A stretch of DNA of 64,000 bases from Mobula hypostoma. Taxonomy: Eukaryota. The stretch lies in contig NC_086097.1 of the NCBI RefSeq assembly GCF_963921235.1, positions 119,972,001 through 120,036,000 on the forward strand, in the 5' to 3' direction. The first letter of the stretch is position 1. The number at the start of each line of letters is the position of its first letter. The notes under the pieces are model-generated. The model made no database searches and was not told the DNA's origin. It saw nothing but the letters and a program-made list of their open reading frames with translations. The translations under genes and the position numbers were made by a program. Below, piece by piece: positions 52,125-64,000 of this stretch.

Positions 52125-54175
52125 GGCTTCCATCAGTCCAGCTACTCCTTCAGGATGTAACAAGACAAGTTCAAGCTGGGTATACCTCACAGTTCCTCAT
52201 TTCTGCTCATCCTCCTGCTTAGAGGAACTTGTACCTTCTCAAAAGCAGCTCTGAACACAGGGTGAATGGCCAAGTTTTTCAAAAGGTTCTCTCCATTTCT
52301 CTCCTTGCATGCTCCCATGAACCTCTCAAACTGAAATATTTATTCCCACAAGAATGGAAGCTTCACCTTTTCAACCGGATCTGGGCAGACCAACACTAAT
52401 ATATCAATAGTCTCAGTTACTCCAGCATCTGCTTCTGAAAACTCCAGTTTCAACAAGTAACCATCGTTCGCGTACTCATCAGTACTAAGCCCCCAAATCT
52501 CAAGGGTACTGGATGGTGTTAATTATGGCTGTAAAAGGATCTATAAAGTAACATAATGAGTCAAATATGGCTCTAGCATAAACACCTTCAATCCGTATGG
52601 ATGCATCAGAGCTTGATCCCACTAAAGCTTCAGGAATAGTGTTTTACACTTTAGTGTTTATCTTGATACTCTGATAGGAAGGTATCCTTTCCAAAACATC
52701 AGCCTATTCTTTTACTGGGTCCCTCTGTAGTTTTGCCTTTTTACTTCTCTGACTAACTGCTAACTTACTTTTCAAAGAATTTCCTGTCCATCACAGTCTC
52801 GTTTGAAATGTCCATCTTCTGCTCAGGTGTAACAGAAAATGACGGTCGCCTCTCTAGTCAGGAGACCCTATCAGCAGCAATCGCCTGCGTCGTAAGTCCT
52901 ATAGGTGGGTCAGGATTCCCAACAGACATCCATTGAGTCAGCTCAGCTCGAGGCTTTTCACCTCATTCCTGTGGCATCGGGGGTCACTTTATCTGCAGAT
53001 GCTATCACTGAAGACACTGCTCAGCTTTTGGGAATGTTCTGCTTCTCCATCATGTTTTCCTTCTCTCTAACTTCATTGAGTAACTCGATAAAAGATGGAG
53101 CAGGGTTCATTTTGTGTGCCATTCGAATATGTAGAGCAATCAGGTTATGTGACAGTGCACCCTCCACAACTTGCTCCATCCTCAAGCAATTTTTCTCGGA
53201 CAGCTGAATGAATGTCCCCTTTGTGGCCCAAACAAAACAGCAGTTTCTCCACCCTGAAAAGGTAGGGGGACAACTTCTCTCCTTCCTCCTGGAATGTGTG
53301 CCTAAACTTCATCCCAAGATAGGCTGCACTTTCAGCAGTGCCAAAAGCATATTCCAGAGCTTGCAGATAATTAGCTGATGTGGCTAATGGGTTTTCTGCC
53401 TTGAGGAACCTCACTATATCAGACACCAGACCCTTTAAACTCTCCAGCAGTCCCTGTTTTTTCATATTATCTGAGCACTGTCACTCACCCTGTAACTGAG
53501 ATATCTGCTCAGCCCAAGCCTCATATCCTTCTTCCCCATCAGGGGCGGACTTGACTCCAGAGAACACTCTCAGCTTACGATAGCTTTGTCTTTCCACAAG
53601 TACACTTTGGCATTTATCAACTACTGATGTAGTATCCAAAACAAATTCTGAATTTAAATCAACTCCTGAGTGACCCATTAGACCTTTCCCATCAGACAAC
53701 TCCTTTCCCTCACTTTGCAGAAATGAGGACAACTTGTCTTTAAAGTCTGCAGCCTCAGCTACATTCCTCCCTTCTCTAGAGATATGTACTGCCCATGGCC
53801 CCACCTCTCCAGGTGCCCCCTATCTTATCTGGCAACACAACTTCAGTTACAGTACTGGTAGCCTGGACTAACACAACATCCCTGCCAGCTGATTCGTCAA
53901 AACACCGTTCAATCGGTATAACTTTCCCAGCACTTACACAGAGCCCAGCACTCCAAGGAGCAGTTCATTAGGAATTTGGACATCCACTCTACTCAGAACA
54001 CAAACATTACTAATGGATATCCTTATTAAATCACACCAAACTTTAAACTCCACGGCATCCATAATAAAGTACCTTAATTACAACACACCTCACTTTCCAC
54101 AAACACTAGTTTTAATGCCGGCTTAAACATGCAAATAAACCGCTTAATCAATCCTTAAACAACATTCACACAGCA
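52125..54175 (-). mobile_element. Decayed Gypsy element with PNMA-like gag, zinc knuckle and protease
   Basis: ATG at 54062 (MDAVEFKVWC...); YRKLRVFSG...EEGYEAW...LLESLKG...YLQALEYAFG...FQEEGEKLSPYL; knuckle CYT*AEDGHFKRDC at about 52793-52835; protease LVGSSSDASIRIEGVYARAIFDS at about 52560-52630. Confidence 0.88.
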
Positions 54176-55031
54176 ATCCTGCATATTGCTTTTACAGAAA
54201 ACTGCTAATATAAACTACCTCACTGCATAGCAGTAGAAATCTTAAGCAGGGCATTATGTACTTATTACATGGAAATAAAATGATTAATATTATAGATTGT
54301 GATAATTTGATGAGATTCTTTATAAAGAAGTTAACCTCTTGGGATCTAAAATAAAATTTTAAATTGCATTATTAATTGGTTGGGTGGAGGGAAACAATTG
54401 TAGTCTATCTCATTGGGGAGCTGTGGACAGCAGAATTTCCAGTGATTGAAATTTTGGTGCAACCTGTTTATACTTTTCCTGTTCCACATTGATGAAGACA
54501 TAATAACTAGATTGTTCAAAGTTTGTGCAGAATACCAAATTTTGCAGGAAAACAGCATTCTCTAAGTAATGCAATAACTTCAAAATGATCTATATACCAG
54601 CAGTAACTGAACCAATGACATGAAAATAGTTCTGACTGGTGGGAGATATTAAATGAAATATTGAAGTGCTAAAATAAGAAATATGATTACAATATAAGCA
54701 GAGTTTCTCAAGATATGAGTACACTGGCTGAGTGGCTGCTGAAAAGGTTGTCACACTGCATAGCTTTGTGCTCAGAGGAAATATATTAGCAGATTTAAGT
54801 CTAAGCCTGTCATAATAACAGGCTATAAAATATGAGCCTGACAATATTTCAAAGGCTCTGCATAGACCTGGTTGTCATACTTGCAATCTGATTTAAAGGC
54901 ATTAGAAAAAAGCTCCGAGAAAGGGAGATAGAATAATTCATAGATTAAAAACACTTAGTGAAGAAGAGTTGAAGCAATTATGCTACATAACCAAGGAAGA
55001 TATTGTAGTGCAGTATCTAGGGAAAGATATA

Positions 55032-56903
55032 CACTAAGTGACCACTTTATTAGGTACCCAATAAAGTGGCTACTGAGTGTATTTCTGTATGTTAAGAGTC
55101 TTCTACTGCTGTAGCTCATCCTCTTCAAGATTCAACATGCTGTGTGTTTGGGGTTGCTCTTCTGCACACCAACTGTTAAAACACATGTTTATTTGAGTTA
55201 CTTTGTCCTTCCTCTCAGCTCGAACCGGTCTGGTGATTCTCCTCTGATCTCTCTCATTAACAAGGTGCTTTTGCCCACAGAACTGCCGTTCACGGCCTGT
55301 TTTCATTTGTTTTCCATGCCATTCTCTGTTAATTCTAGAGACTGTTGTGCTTGAAAATCCAAGGAGATCAGCAATTTCTGAGATTCTCAAACCACTCCAT
55401 TTGGCACCAACAATCATTCCACGGTCTAAGTTACTTACATCATATCTCTTCCCATTCTGCAGTTTAGTCAAAACAACTGAACCTCTTGACCATGTCTGCA
55501 TGCTTTTATGCCTTGCATTGTCGTAACATGCTTGGCTGATTAGATATTGGCTGATTTGAGGATGTGACTAAACATATTTAGAAGGTAGAGCCATAAATAT
55601 AGTGTATATGGATTTTAGCAAAGCACTTGATAAGGTACCCCATGAAAGGCTTATTGAGAAAGTAAGGAGGCATGGGATCCAAGGGGATATTGCTTTGTGG
55701 ATCCAGAACTGGCTTGCCCACAGAAGGCAAAGAGTGGTTGTAGACAGGTCATATTCTGCATGGAGGCCGGTGACCAGTGATGTGCCTCAGGGATCTGTTT
55801 TGGGACCCCTACTCTTTGTGATTTCTATAAATGATCTGGATGAGGAAGTGGAGGGATGGGTTAGCAAATTTGCTGATAACACAAAAGTTGGGGGTGTTGT
55901 GGATAGTGTGGAGGGCTCTCTGAGGTTACAATGGGACATTGACAGGATGCAAAACTGAGAAGTGGCAAATGGAGTTCAACCCATGTGTGAGGCGATTCAT
56001 TCTGGTAGGTCAAATATGATGGCAGAATATAGTATTAATGGTAAGACTCTTGGCAGTATGGAGGATCAGAGGGATCTTGGGGCCTGAGTCCATAGGACAC
56101 TCAAAGCTGCTGCATACATAGTAACTCCAAGAACCATAATCCAAAGAACCACCTTGGGATCTTGGGTTCAGAGTCCATAGGACACTCATAGTTGTTATGC
56201 AGGTTGACTCTGTGGTTAAGAAGGCATACGGTGCACTGGCCTTCATCATTCGTTGGACTAAGTTTAGGAGCCGAGAGGTAAAGTTGCAGCTATATAGGAC
56301 CCTGGTCAGACCCCACCTGGAGTACTGTGCTCCGTTCTGGTCACCTCACTGCAGAAAGGACATAGAAACCATAGAATGGGTGCAGAGGAGATTTACAAGG
56401 ATGTTGCCTGGATTGGGGAGCATGCCTTATGAGAATAGGTTGAGTGAACTCGGCCTGTTCTCCTTGGAGGGAAGGACAATGAAAGGTGACCTGAGAGGTG
56501 TACAAGATAATGAGAGGCATTGATCGTGTGGACAGTCAGAGGCTTTTCCCCAGGGCTGAAATCGCTAGCATGAGAGGGCATAGATTTAAGGTGCTTGGAT
56601 GCAGGTACAGAGGAGATGTCAGGGGTAAGTTTAAAAAAAACACAGAGAGTAGTGAGTGCATGGAATGGGCTGCTGGCAGTGGAAACGATGGGATCTTTTA
56701 AGAGACTCTTGGATGGCTACATGGAGCTTAGAAAAATAGAGAGCTATGGGTAAAGCGTAGTTAGTTCTAAGGTAGGACCATGTTCAGCACAGCTTTGTGG
56801 GCCGAAGGGCCTGTATTGTGCTGTAGGTTTTCTATGTTTCTATGTTTCTATTTGTAATAATGAGTAAGTATACAGGTGTACCTAATAAATTTGCCATTGC
56901 GTG
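55032..56903 (-). mobile_element. Non-autonomous Tc1-like element (same family) interrupted by a CR1
   Basis: TIR palindrome at 55032-55079; ORF GMIVGAKWSGLRISEIADLLGFS; right TIR at about 56877-56903 followed by TA. Confidence 0.88.
55550..56850 (+). mobile_element. CR1 LINE 3' half (RT)
   Basis: YMDFSKALDKVPH, VPQGSVLGP, KFADNTK and RPHLEYC motifs; (tttctatg)n tail. Confidence 0.94.
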
Positions 56904-58277
56904 TATCGTCTAAGGTTTTTCCAGTTAGACATTATAATTGGCTCCTGTCCACTCTGACAGGGACATAACCTATGCAACTATCAAATAAATGGTTCCATTT
57001 ATTACCAGAGAATGTATACAGTATACAGTCTAGGCAATGTTCTCCACAGAGATCCACAAAAAACAGAAGAACCCCTAAAGAATACATGACAGAAAAATAA
57101 TAAAACCCCAATCCCCCCTCCCCTCCCTCGGGCAAGCAACAGCAAGCGTCAACACATCAATCTCCCCATATACCCGGCCACTTCAGAAAGAAGCATCAGC
57201 GCCCACCACCAAATCAAGACTCAAGAATCGGCAGCAAACTCTCCCACTATTAAGAGAGAGAGAGAGAGAGAATGCAACTGCTCGACTACAGGGATCTCCA
57301 TCTGTACATCCGCTGCAGTGAGACCCTAGTGCTCCACCTCCCGCGATATCTCAGTCTGCAACAACTGCCTGGAATCGGTCATCCACATGGCCGCACCCCG
57401 GAGACATCAACTTCCAGGCCACGCCAATTGCAGATCAGGACCTCAATAGAACCACCCTGCAAAGGAAAAAAAAAGAGAAATTAAAGAGAGGAATTTAAGC
57501 TGTGTCCACAGATGAGCTTGAAGCAGCAGCCACTTGGCACCATTATCTTAAGTCTGCAACCTTCCAACCTACAACAACAATTATACTAGCTGATATAATG
57601 ACTTACTTCATCATTGTGTAGGGGCCAAATCATAACCCTTGGATGCTATGTTTTATTTCTATTCAAGGCAACTTTACTTTTGAAGTTCTTTGCAATAAGT
57701 GGATTTGTAAAAGAAATTGTTAACTGCAGTTAAAGGGATTATTTTTAACTATGAAAGTATGTGTTCACGTAGCCTTCAATATTAATACAAAAGCAGACTC
57801 AAACAGCAACACATACAAAGTGCTGGAAAAACTCAGCAAGCCAGGCAGCATCTATGGAAAAGAATAAACAGTCGACGTATCGGTCCTAGACCCTTCACCA
57901 GGATTTCATCAGCAAGAATAAATTGGGAGGATGGGAGAGGAAGGAATACAATCTGGCAGGTGATAGGTGAAGCCAAGTGAGGAGGAAGTTGGGTGGGTGA
58001 GGGATGAAGTAAGAAAGGGAGATGACAGGTGATAGATGGAGGTAAAGGCTGAAGAAGAAGGAATCTACTCGAAGAGGATCATGGAACATGGAAGAAAGAG
58101 AAGGAGGGTGTCATCCAAGGGAGGTGATTCTCTAAATTACTTAGAGAAATTGCTGTTTATGATATCAGGTTGGAGGCTACCTTAATGCAATATGAGGTGT
58201 TGATCCTCCAACCTGCGTGTGGCAGTAGAGGAGGCCATGGACTGGTATGTCAGAATGCACAGTTGAATTGAAATGGG

Positions 58278-59421
58278 AGATGTCTTCCTTTTTTAAAGAA
58301 AGGGGCTTCCCTTCCTCCACTATCAACTCTGCTCTTAAATGCATCTCCCCCATTTCACGTACATCTGCTCTCACTCCATCCTCCCGCCACCCCACTAGGA
58401 ATAGGGTTCCCCTGGTCCTCACCTACCACCCCACCAGCCTCCGGGTCCAACATATTATTCTCCGTAACTTCCGCCACCTCCAACGGGATCCCACCACTAA
58501 GCACATCTTTCCCTCCTCCCCCTCTCTGCATTCCGCAGGGATTGCTCCCTACACAACTCCCTTGTCCATTCGTCCCCTCCATCCCTCCCCACTGATCTCC
58601 CTCCTGGCACTTATCCGTGTAAGCGGAACAAGTGCTACACATGCCCTTACACTTCCTCCCTTACCACCATTCAGGGCCCCAAACAGTCCTTCCAGGTGAG
58701 GCATCACTTCACCTGTGAGTCGACTGGGGTGATATACTGCGTCCGATGCTCCCGATGTGGCCTTTTATATATTGGCGAGACCCAACGCAGACTGGGAGAC
58801 CACTTTGCTGAACATCTACGCTCTGTCCGCCAGAGAAAGCAGGATCTCCCAGTGGCCACACATTTTAATTCCACATCCCATTCCCATTCTGACAAGTCTA
58901 TCCACGGCCTCCTCTACTGTAAAGATGAAGCCACACTCAGGTTGGAGGAACAACACCTTATATTCCGTCTGGGTAGCCTCCAACCTGATGGCATGAACAT
59001 TGACTTCTCTAACTTCCGCTAAGGCCCCACCTCCCCCTCGTACCCCATCTGTTACTCATTTTTATGCACACATTCTTTCTCTCACTCTCCTTTTTCTCCC
59101 TCTGTCCCTCTGAATATACCCCTTGCCCATCGTCTGGGTTCCCCCCCCCTCCGCACTTGTCTTTCTTCCCGGACCTCCTGTCCCATGATCCTCTCGTATC
59201 CCTTTTGCCAATCACATGTCCAGCTCTTGGCTCCACCCCTCCCCCTCCTGTCTTCTCCTATCATTTTGGATCTCCCCCTCCCCCTCCAACTTTCAAATCC
59301 CTTACTCACTCTTCCTTCAGTTAGTCCTGACGAAGGGTCTCGGCCTGAAACATCGACTGCACCTCTTCCTACAGATGCTGCCTGGCCTGCTGCGTTCACC
59401 AGCAACTTTGATGTGTGTTGC
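58278..59421 (+). mobile_element. Young 5'-truncated Penelope-like element (Neptune-type): RT thumb end, Cys-rich linker, GIY-YIG endonuclease and terminal repeat
   Basis: ORF 58696-59022 reads VIYCVRCSRCGLLYIGETQRRLGDHFAEH...EEQHLIFRLGSLQPDGMN. Upstream are PGTYPCKRNKCYTCPY and RVPLVLTYHP. Flanked by a ttgaaatggg duplication (58268-58277, 59422-59431). Confidence 0.92.
59323..59358 (+). ncRNA. Minimal hammerhead ribozyme motif in the 3' terminal repeat of the young PLE
   Basis: AGUC-CUGACGA-AGGGUCUCGGCCU-GAAAC-AUC-GACU, downstream of the GIY-YIG ORF stop. Confidence 0.7.
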
Positions 59422-59899
59422 TTGAAATGGGTGGCCACTGGTAAATCTTGCCTTTTGTGGTAAAAGATGCTCTAGAAGTAGTTCCCCAGTCTCCTCTACA
59501 TCAGTCTCACTGATATAGAGGAGACCACACTGGGAGCATTGGATAAAGTAGATATATCCAGAGTACTGTACAGTACCAGACTTGCAGGCAAAGTGTTGCC
59601 TCACCTACAAGGACTGTTTGGAGCCTTGAGAGGTGGCAAAGGAAAAGGTGGAGGGGCAGGTGTAGCACTTGTCTCGCTTGAAGAGATAAGTGCCAGGAAG
59701 GAGAACAGTGGGGAGGGATGAATGGACAAGAATCATGGAGAAAGTGATCCCTATAGAAAGTAGATGGTGTAGGGGGAGAAAAAGATGTGCCTACTATTCA
59801 AGACAAATATACTTCTGAAGATTTTCAGTGCTGTAAGTGGAATTGTAAAAAAAAACTGCTCTCTTTAGTTAATGGATTATATTTAACCATGGAAGTAAC

Positions 59900-60215
59900 T
59901 GTATAGGTACATGGCCTTCAATATTTCCTTTGTCTCCTCCTACTTTCTTCAAGCCCAGGGTGTAGCCATGTATCTTGCATGGGTCACATCTATGCTTTCT
60001 TTTTCAGTGGCTGCATGTTCATGTTCCAAGACCTCACAGGTATTGCTCCCCAACTCTTTCTGCACTGCATTGATGGTTACATTGCTGCTGCTTAAAGCAC
60101 CCAAACTGAGTTCTCTCCTTCTTCAGCATTTACCTCTTCCTCCTATCACCTCCCAGCTTCTTATTTCGTGCTACCTTCCCCCTCACCTGGTTTCACCAAT
60201 CACCTGCCAGCTTGT
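59900..60215 (+). mobile_element. PLE fragment, inverted relative to the adjacent copy (RT motif plus 3' UTR)
   Basis: FNISFVSSYFLQAQGVAM resembles the PLE RT QxxGxAMG motif; followed by pyrimidine-rich 3' UTR sequence. Confidence 0.6.
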
Positions 60216-61234
60216 ATACACCGGTGCAAGGTGCTGTTGGACTAGGATCTGTTGGTGCATGCACTGACTGACAATTGCAAAAGATCAAGAAGGCAGAATC
60301 ATTGACTGTGAAGCTCTCAGATGAAATCCTTAGCAGGCCACTGACCCTCTGCATATTTCCTTCCTCGGCATGTGCTGATCCCACCTGAACAGTCTTACCA
60401 CTCTGAACTCTTCTTCATCAGCACATCCGGTGAGCCTCCCTTCTCTAGCATTTCAGTTTTAAGAGCCTTCTGGTATTTTTTTAAAGCTGCATCTGTGTAC
60501 GTTTGCTCTGCCAGACGTTTACCCGAGGGATCAAATCTCCAGCTGCTATAATAGACGGGTAAATGACAAGCTTAGCTTTGCACCTGAACTATTGTTTGAT
60601 CTTCACTGGGCAAATCCCTGGGCCTTATTAAATCTATTGTACATAAAAATAAATATGGAGTAAAGCTAAAAGTAATTTGAAAATGCCTAATTAATGGCTG
60701 TGCAAGATGTTAATTGCACTAATAACCAGCTGACTTCCTGTAATAATTAAATAGCTCACAGGCATGCAGCTTCCTGGTGTAGCAACATCACGGCAAGGAT
60801 GAATGCAATTTCACCACATTATGCTAGAAATCTATTCACACAACACCAACGAAAATTATGCTGTGTTGTTGAAAATCGGAACGGAATAATCTTATCTATT
60901 TCAGAATCAGAATTAGGTTTAATAACACTGGCATATGTCATGAATTTTGTTGTTATGTGGCAGCTGTACATTGTAATACATAATAAAATTGCGAAAAAGT
61001 TAAATGAAATAAGTAGTGCAAAAATGTAGTCCATTCGTAAATTGAGAAATCTGATGGCAGAGGGGAAGAAGCTGTTCCTGAATCATCTGGCTTCAGGCTC
61101 CAGCTCCTCTTCCCTGATGGTAGAAATGAGAAGAGGGCATGTCCTGGGTGATGGTAATCCTTAATGATACCATTTTGAGACATCAAACCTTGAAACTGTG
61201 CTGGATGCTGGGGACCATATGTCTGGTACATATC

Positions 61235-61885
61235 ACAGAACAGAACGTAGAATAGCACAGCACATTACAGGCTCTTCAGCCCATATGCTGTTGTGAGCCA
61301 ACCTTCTAAACATTATACCAATCAAACCCTTTCCTCCTATATAATCCTCCATTTTTCTATCATCTATGTGCCCATTTAAGAATGTTTTAAATGCCCCTAA
61401 TGTACCTGCCTCTACCACCACCCCTGGCACTCCCCACTCCCTGTTTGAAAAAAACTCACCTCTGACATCCTCTAATCACCTTAAAGTAATACCCCAATGT
61501 ATTAGCCATTTCTGCCCTGGGAAAATGTCTCTGGCTATCCACTCAATCTATCCCTCTTATGATAGAACCATAGAACCACAGAAAACCATAGAAACTACAG
61601 CACAGAAACAGGCCTTTTGGCCCTTCTTGGCTGTGCCGAACCATTTTCTGCCTAGTCCCACTGACCTGCACACAGACCATATCCCTCCATACACCTCCCA
61701 TCCATGTATCTGTCCAATTTATTCTTAAATGCTAAAAAATAGAACCTTTTATGTTAAATGTTAAAAAATGATCTTGTACACTTTTATCAAGTCACCTCTC
61801 ATTCTCCTATCTTCCAAAAGAAAAATATCTTAGCTCGTTCAGCTTGTTCTCATAAGATGTGCCCTCTGGCCCTGGCAGCTTTCTG
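61235..61885 (-). mobile_element. CR1 3' fragment with a second CR1 3' end nested at about 61563-61735
   Basis: LPGVVVEAGTLGAFK motif; two separate tandem-repeat tails. Confidence 0.8.
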
Positions 61886-62064
61886 TTAATCCATTCACTA
61901 GGAAATCAGTCTCTTCATATATTGGTAGGAATCAAGTTCACCTCAAGTGATAGCACAGTTATTCAACAGCTTTTCTGCCTCATGGTCTGAAAAGTGACAG
62001 TTCCCATCCATGCATCCACATATCTATCTATCTAACCATTTATTTGTCTATCTGCTTATTTATT

Positions 62065-62970
62065 AGCACAGAACATTGAATAGTACAGCACAGGAACAGA
62101 CCGTGCAGCCCAGAATGTTGTGTCGAATCAGCTAAAAAGCTAATCCAATGCACTCAAACAGTAACCCCTCCTACTAACACCGTCCATATCCCTCCATTTT
62201 CCTTACATCTATGTGTCTATCCAAACATCTCTTAAAAGCTTCCAATGTATTTGCCTCTACCACTATACCAGGCAGCAAATTCCAGGCATCCGTGACTCTC
62301 TGAGTAAAGAACTTTCCTTTCATGTCCCCTTTGAATCTCAGTCCTCTCACCTTCAATGCCTGCCCCGTGCTATTAGGCATTTCAACCCTGGGAAACAGAT
62401 ACCCCATGTCCACTCTATCTATCCCTCTCATAACCTTGTAAATCTCTATCAGATCTCCCTTCAGCCTCCAGCACTCTGGGGAAAACAGCCTAAGTTTGTC
62501 AAGCCTCTCGTGATAGCATATGCCCTCTAAACCAGGCAGCATCCTGGTAAAACTCTTCTGCACCCTCTCCAAAGCCTCAATATTCTGCCTATAGTGGGGC
62601 GACCAGAACTGTATGCAGTACTTCTGACGTGGCCCAGCCAGAGTTTTATAAAGTTGCAACATAACCACTTGACTTTTGAACTCAGTACCTTGACTAATAG
62701 AAGTACACATTCCTTATCGACCTGTGGAGTCACTTTCAAGGAGCTATGAACTTGGATCCCAAGATTTCTCTGCTCAGTAACACTGCTGAACACCTTGCCT
62801 TAACAGTGCACTGTCTCCTTGCATTTCCTCTACCAAGATGCAACATCTGATACTTATCTGGATTAATCTCCATCTGCCATTTCTCTGCCCATATCTGTAA
62901 CTGATCTATATCGTGCTGTGTTCTTTGCCAGTCTTCTACACTATCCACAACTCCACAAGTCTTGATCATA
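62065..62970 (-). mobile_element. CR1 LINE 3' fragment
   Basis: ORF 62174-62710: MLQLYKTL...QFWSPHY...LERVQ...GDLIEIYK...FFTQRV..AWN. Confidence 0.92.
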
Positions 62971-64000
62971 ACAGCTTCTCTTTGATGGGTTAAGCTTCCA
63001 GATCTCAAGAAGGAAATGAGTGTGGTCAGTGAAGAGTAATAGTTATAGAAATGTGAAAGGAGCTAGAGGATATGTTTATAATACTAAGCAAAATTCAAAG
63101 AATACTGCCTCACAGTTAGAGATATTAACTGATGAATTAAAACACGCTGTATTTTATTCATCTGAGGTCAATTAAAATAGAATATCGCAAATACCTTCAA
63201 ATTATGGTGAAAAGGATTTGTGTTGGTGTTGTTTGAGATCATTGATGTGATTAGTTATAAGGAAAATTTGGAGGGAATGATTTGTTATTGAGATCTGATT
63301 TGACTCCTTCTTAAGGAAGTAAGGGTCTATTATATTTCAAAGTAGTGTGTGCATGTCTCCCAGTGCCCAGCAGTAATAAAATGATAACTTCAGATCGTTT
63401 AAGGCTTTCGTGAAACAATAGAAAGTGCTGATGTCAGTAAGTGGCTAATGTAAGATTGGGTTACATTCTCAATTTGTAACACAATTATTAACTGGTAGGC
63501 CTATAAATTCTGTAATATCACATCATATTTTTAATGGCGCACAAATGGAATCTTGTTTCTTTCCTTGAGTAAAACACTATTTCCCAGTTTGAATGCTGAT
63601 TCTCCAGGGATTTGATCAACCGTTATTTCTGATAACTTGCACTTCAGAGACACGCGGATTGTTTTGCATACTCAGGCAACATTGCTGGGAAAAATTACTC
63701 TACCTGGCTCTGAAGCCCACTTGTCAATGGACACTGTCAGTCCAATGAGGTTTTAAGAGAAACTTCTTTAACCAAATCTTCTGAAGTGAAGATGGTACAG
63801 CAAATCATTACATTGGAGACTAAAAGACAAGTGTCAGTGACGAGGAGATCATGCAATTACTGAATTATTCTAAAAACCCATCTGATTACCAATATCCTTA
63901 AGAGAAGAAAATCTGCAGTTCTTACCCTATTTTGCCTCAGATTCATCCCTGTGGTTAACTCTGAATGATCTCTTAAGTTGCACATCAAGTCACTCTGATC

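Larger units (their letters stand above)
57800..59790 (-). mobile_element. Older decayed PLE (host of the 58278-59421 insertion)
   Basis: Terminal sequence at 57800-57905; GIY-YIG remnants (YIYFIQCSQCGLLYISET) at 59432-59610 are continuous with 58145-58277. Confidence 0.8.

Noticed and set aside
53145..53804. Domesticated PNMA/MOAP1 host gene
   Set aside because: It has in-frame stops, frameshifts, a broken zinc knuckle and a linked protease, so it is a dead retrotransposon.
1..64000. CRISPR arrays, prokaryotic operons, rRNA or true tRNA genes
   Set aside because: There is no repeat-spacer array or gene-dense block. The tRNA-like boxes belong to decayed SINE heads, and the sequence is vertebrate repeat-rich DNA.

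Overview
Eukaryotic, AT-rich, repeat-saturated non-coding DNA, most likely from a cartilaginous fish (ray or shark). That host call is inferred from the mix of esterase-ORF1 CR1 LINEs, V-domain SINEs, Rex1-type LINEs and Penelope-like elements. I found no intact host gene, and nearly every ORF in the track is a decayed transposon fragment or its antisense. Recognisable elements are many CR1 and Rex1/Babar-type LINE pieces, Neptune-type Penelope-like elements (PLEs, GIY-YIG endonuclease), a five-copy non-autonomous Tc1 family, a hAT element with an 8-bp TSD, two decayed Gypsy elements (one with a PNMA-like gag), solo LTRs, an R4/Dong-type fragment and SINEs, often nested 2-3 deep. Two things stand out. 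(1) An orphan, pseudogenised copy of the last coding exon of IGF1R with its splice acceptor (19383-19720) sits about 100 bp downstream of the 3' end of an R4-type retroelement. (2) Minimal hammerhead-ribozyme motifs occur in the PLE termini, with about 10 copies, one intact-looking at 26489-26524 (-), and some PLE truncation or fold-back points fall at the ribozyme boundary. Boundaries without a TSD are approximate and were read by eye.
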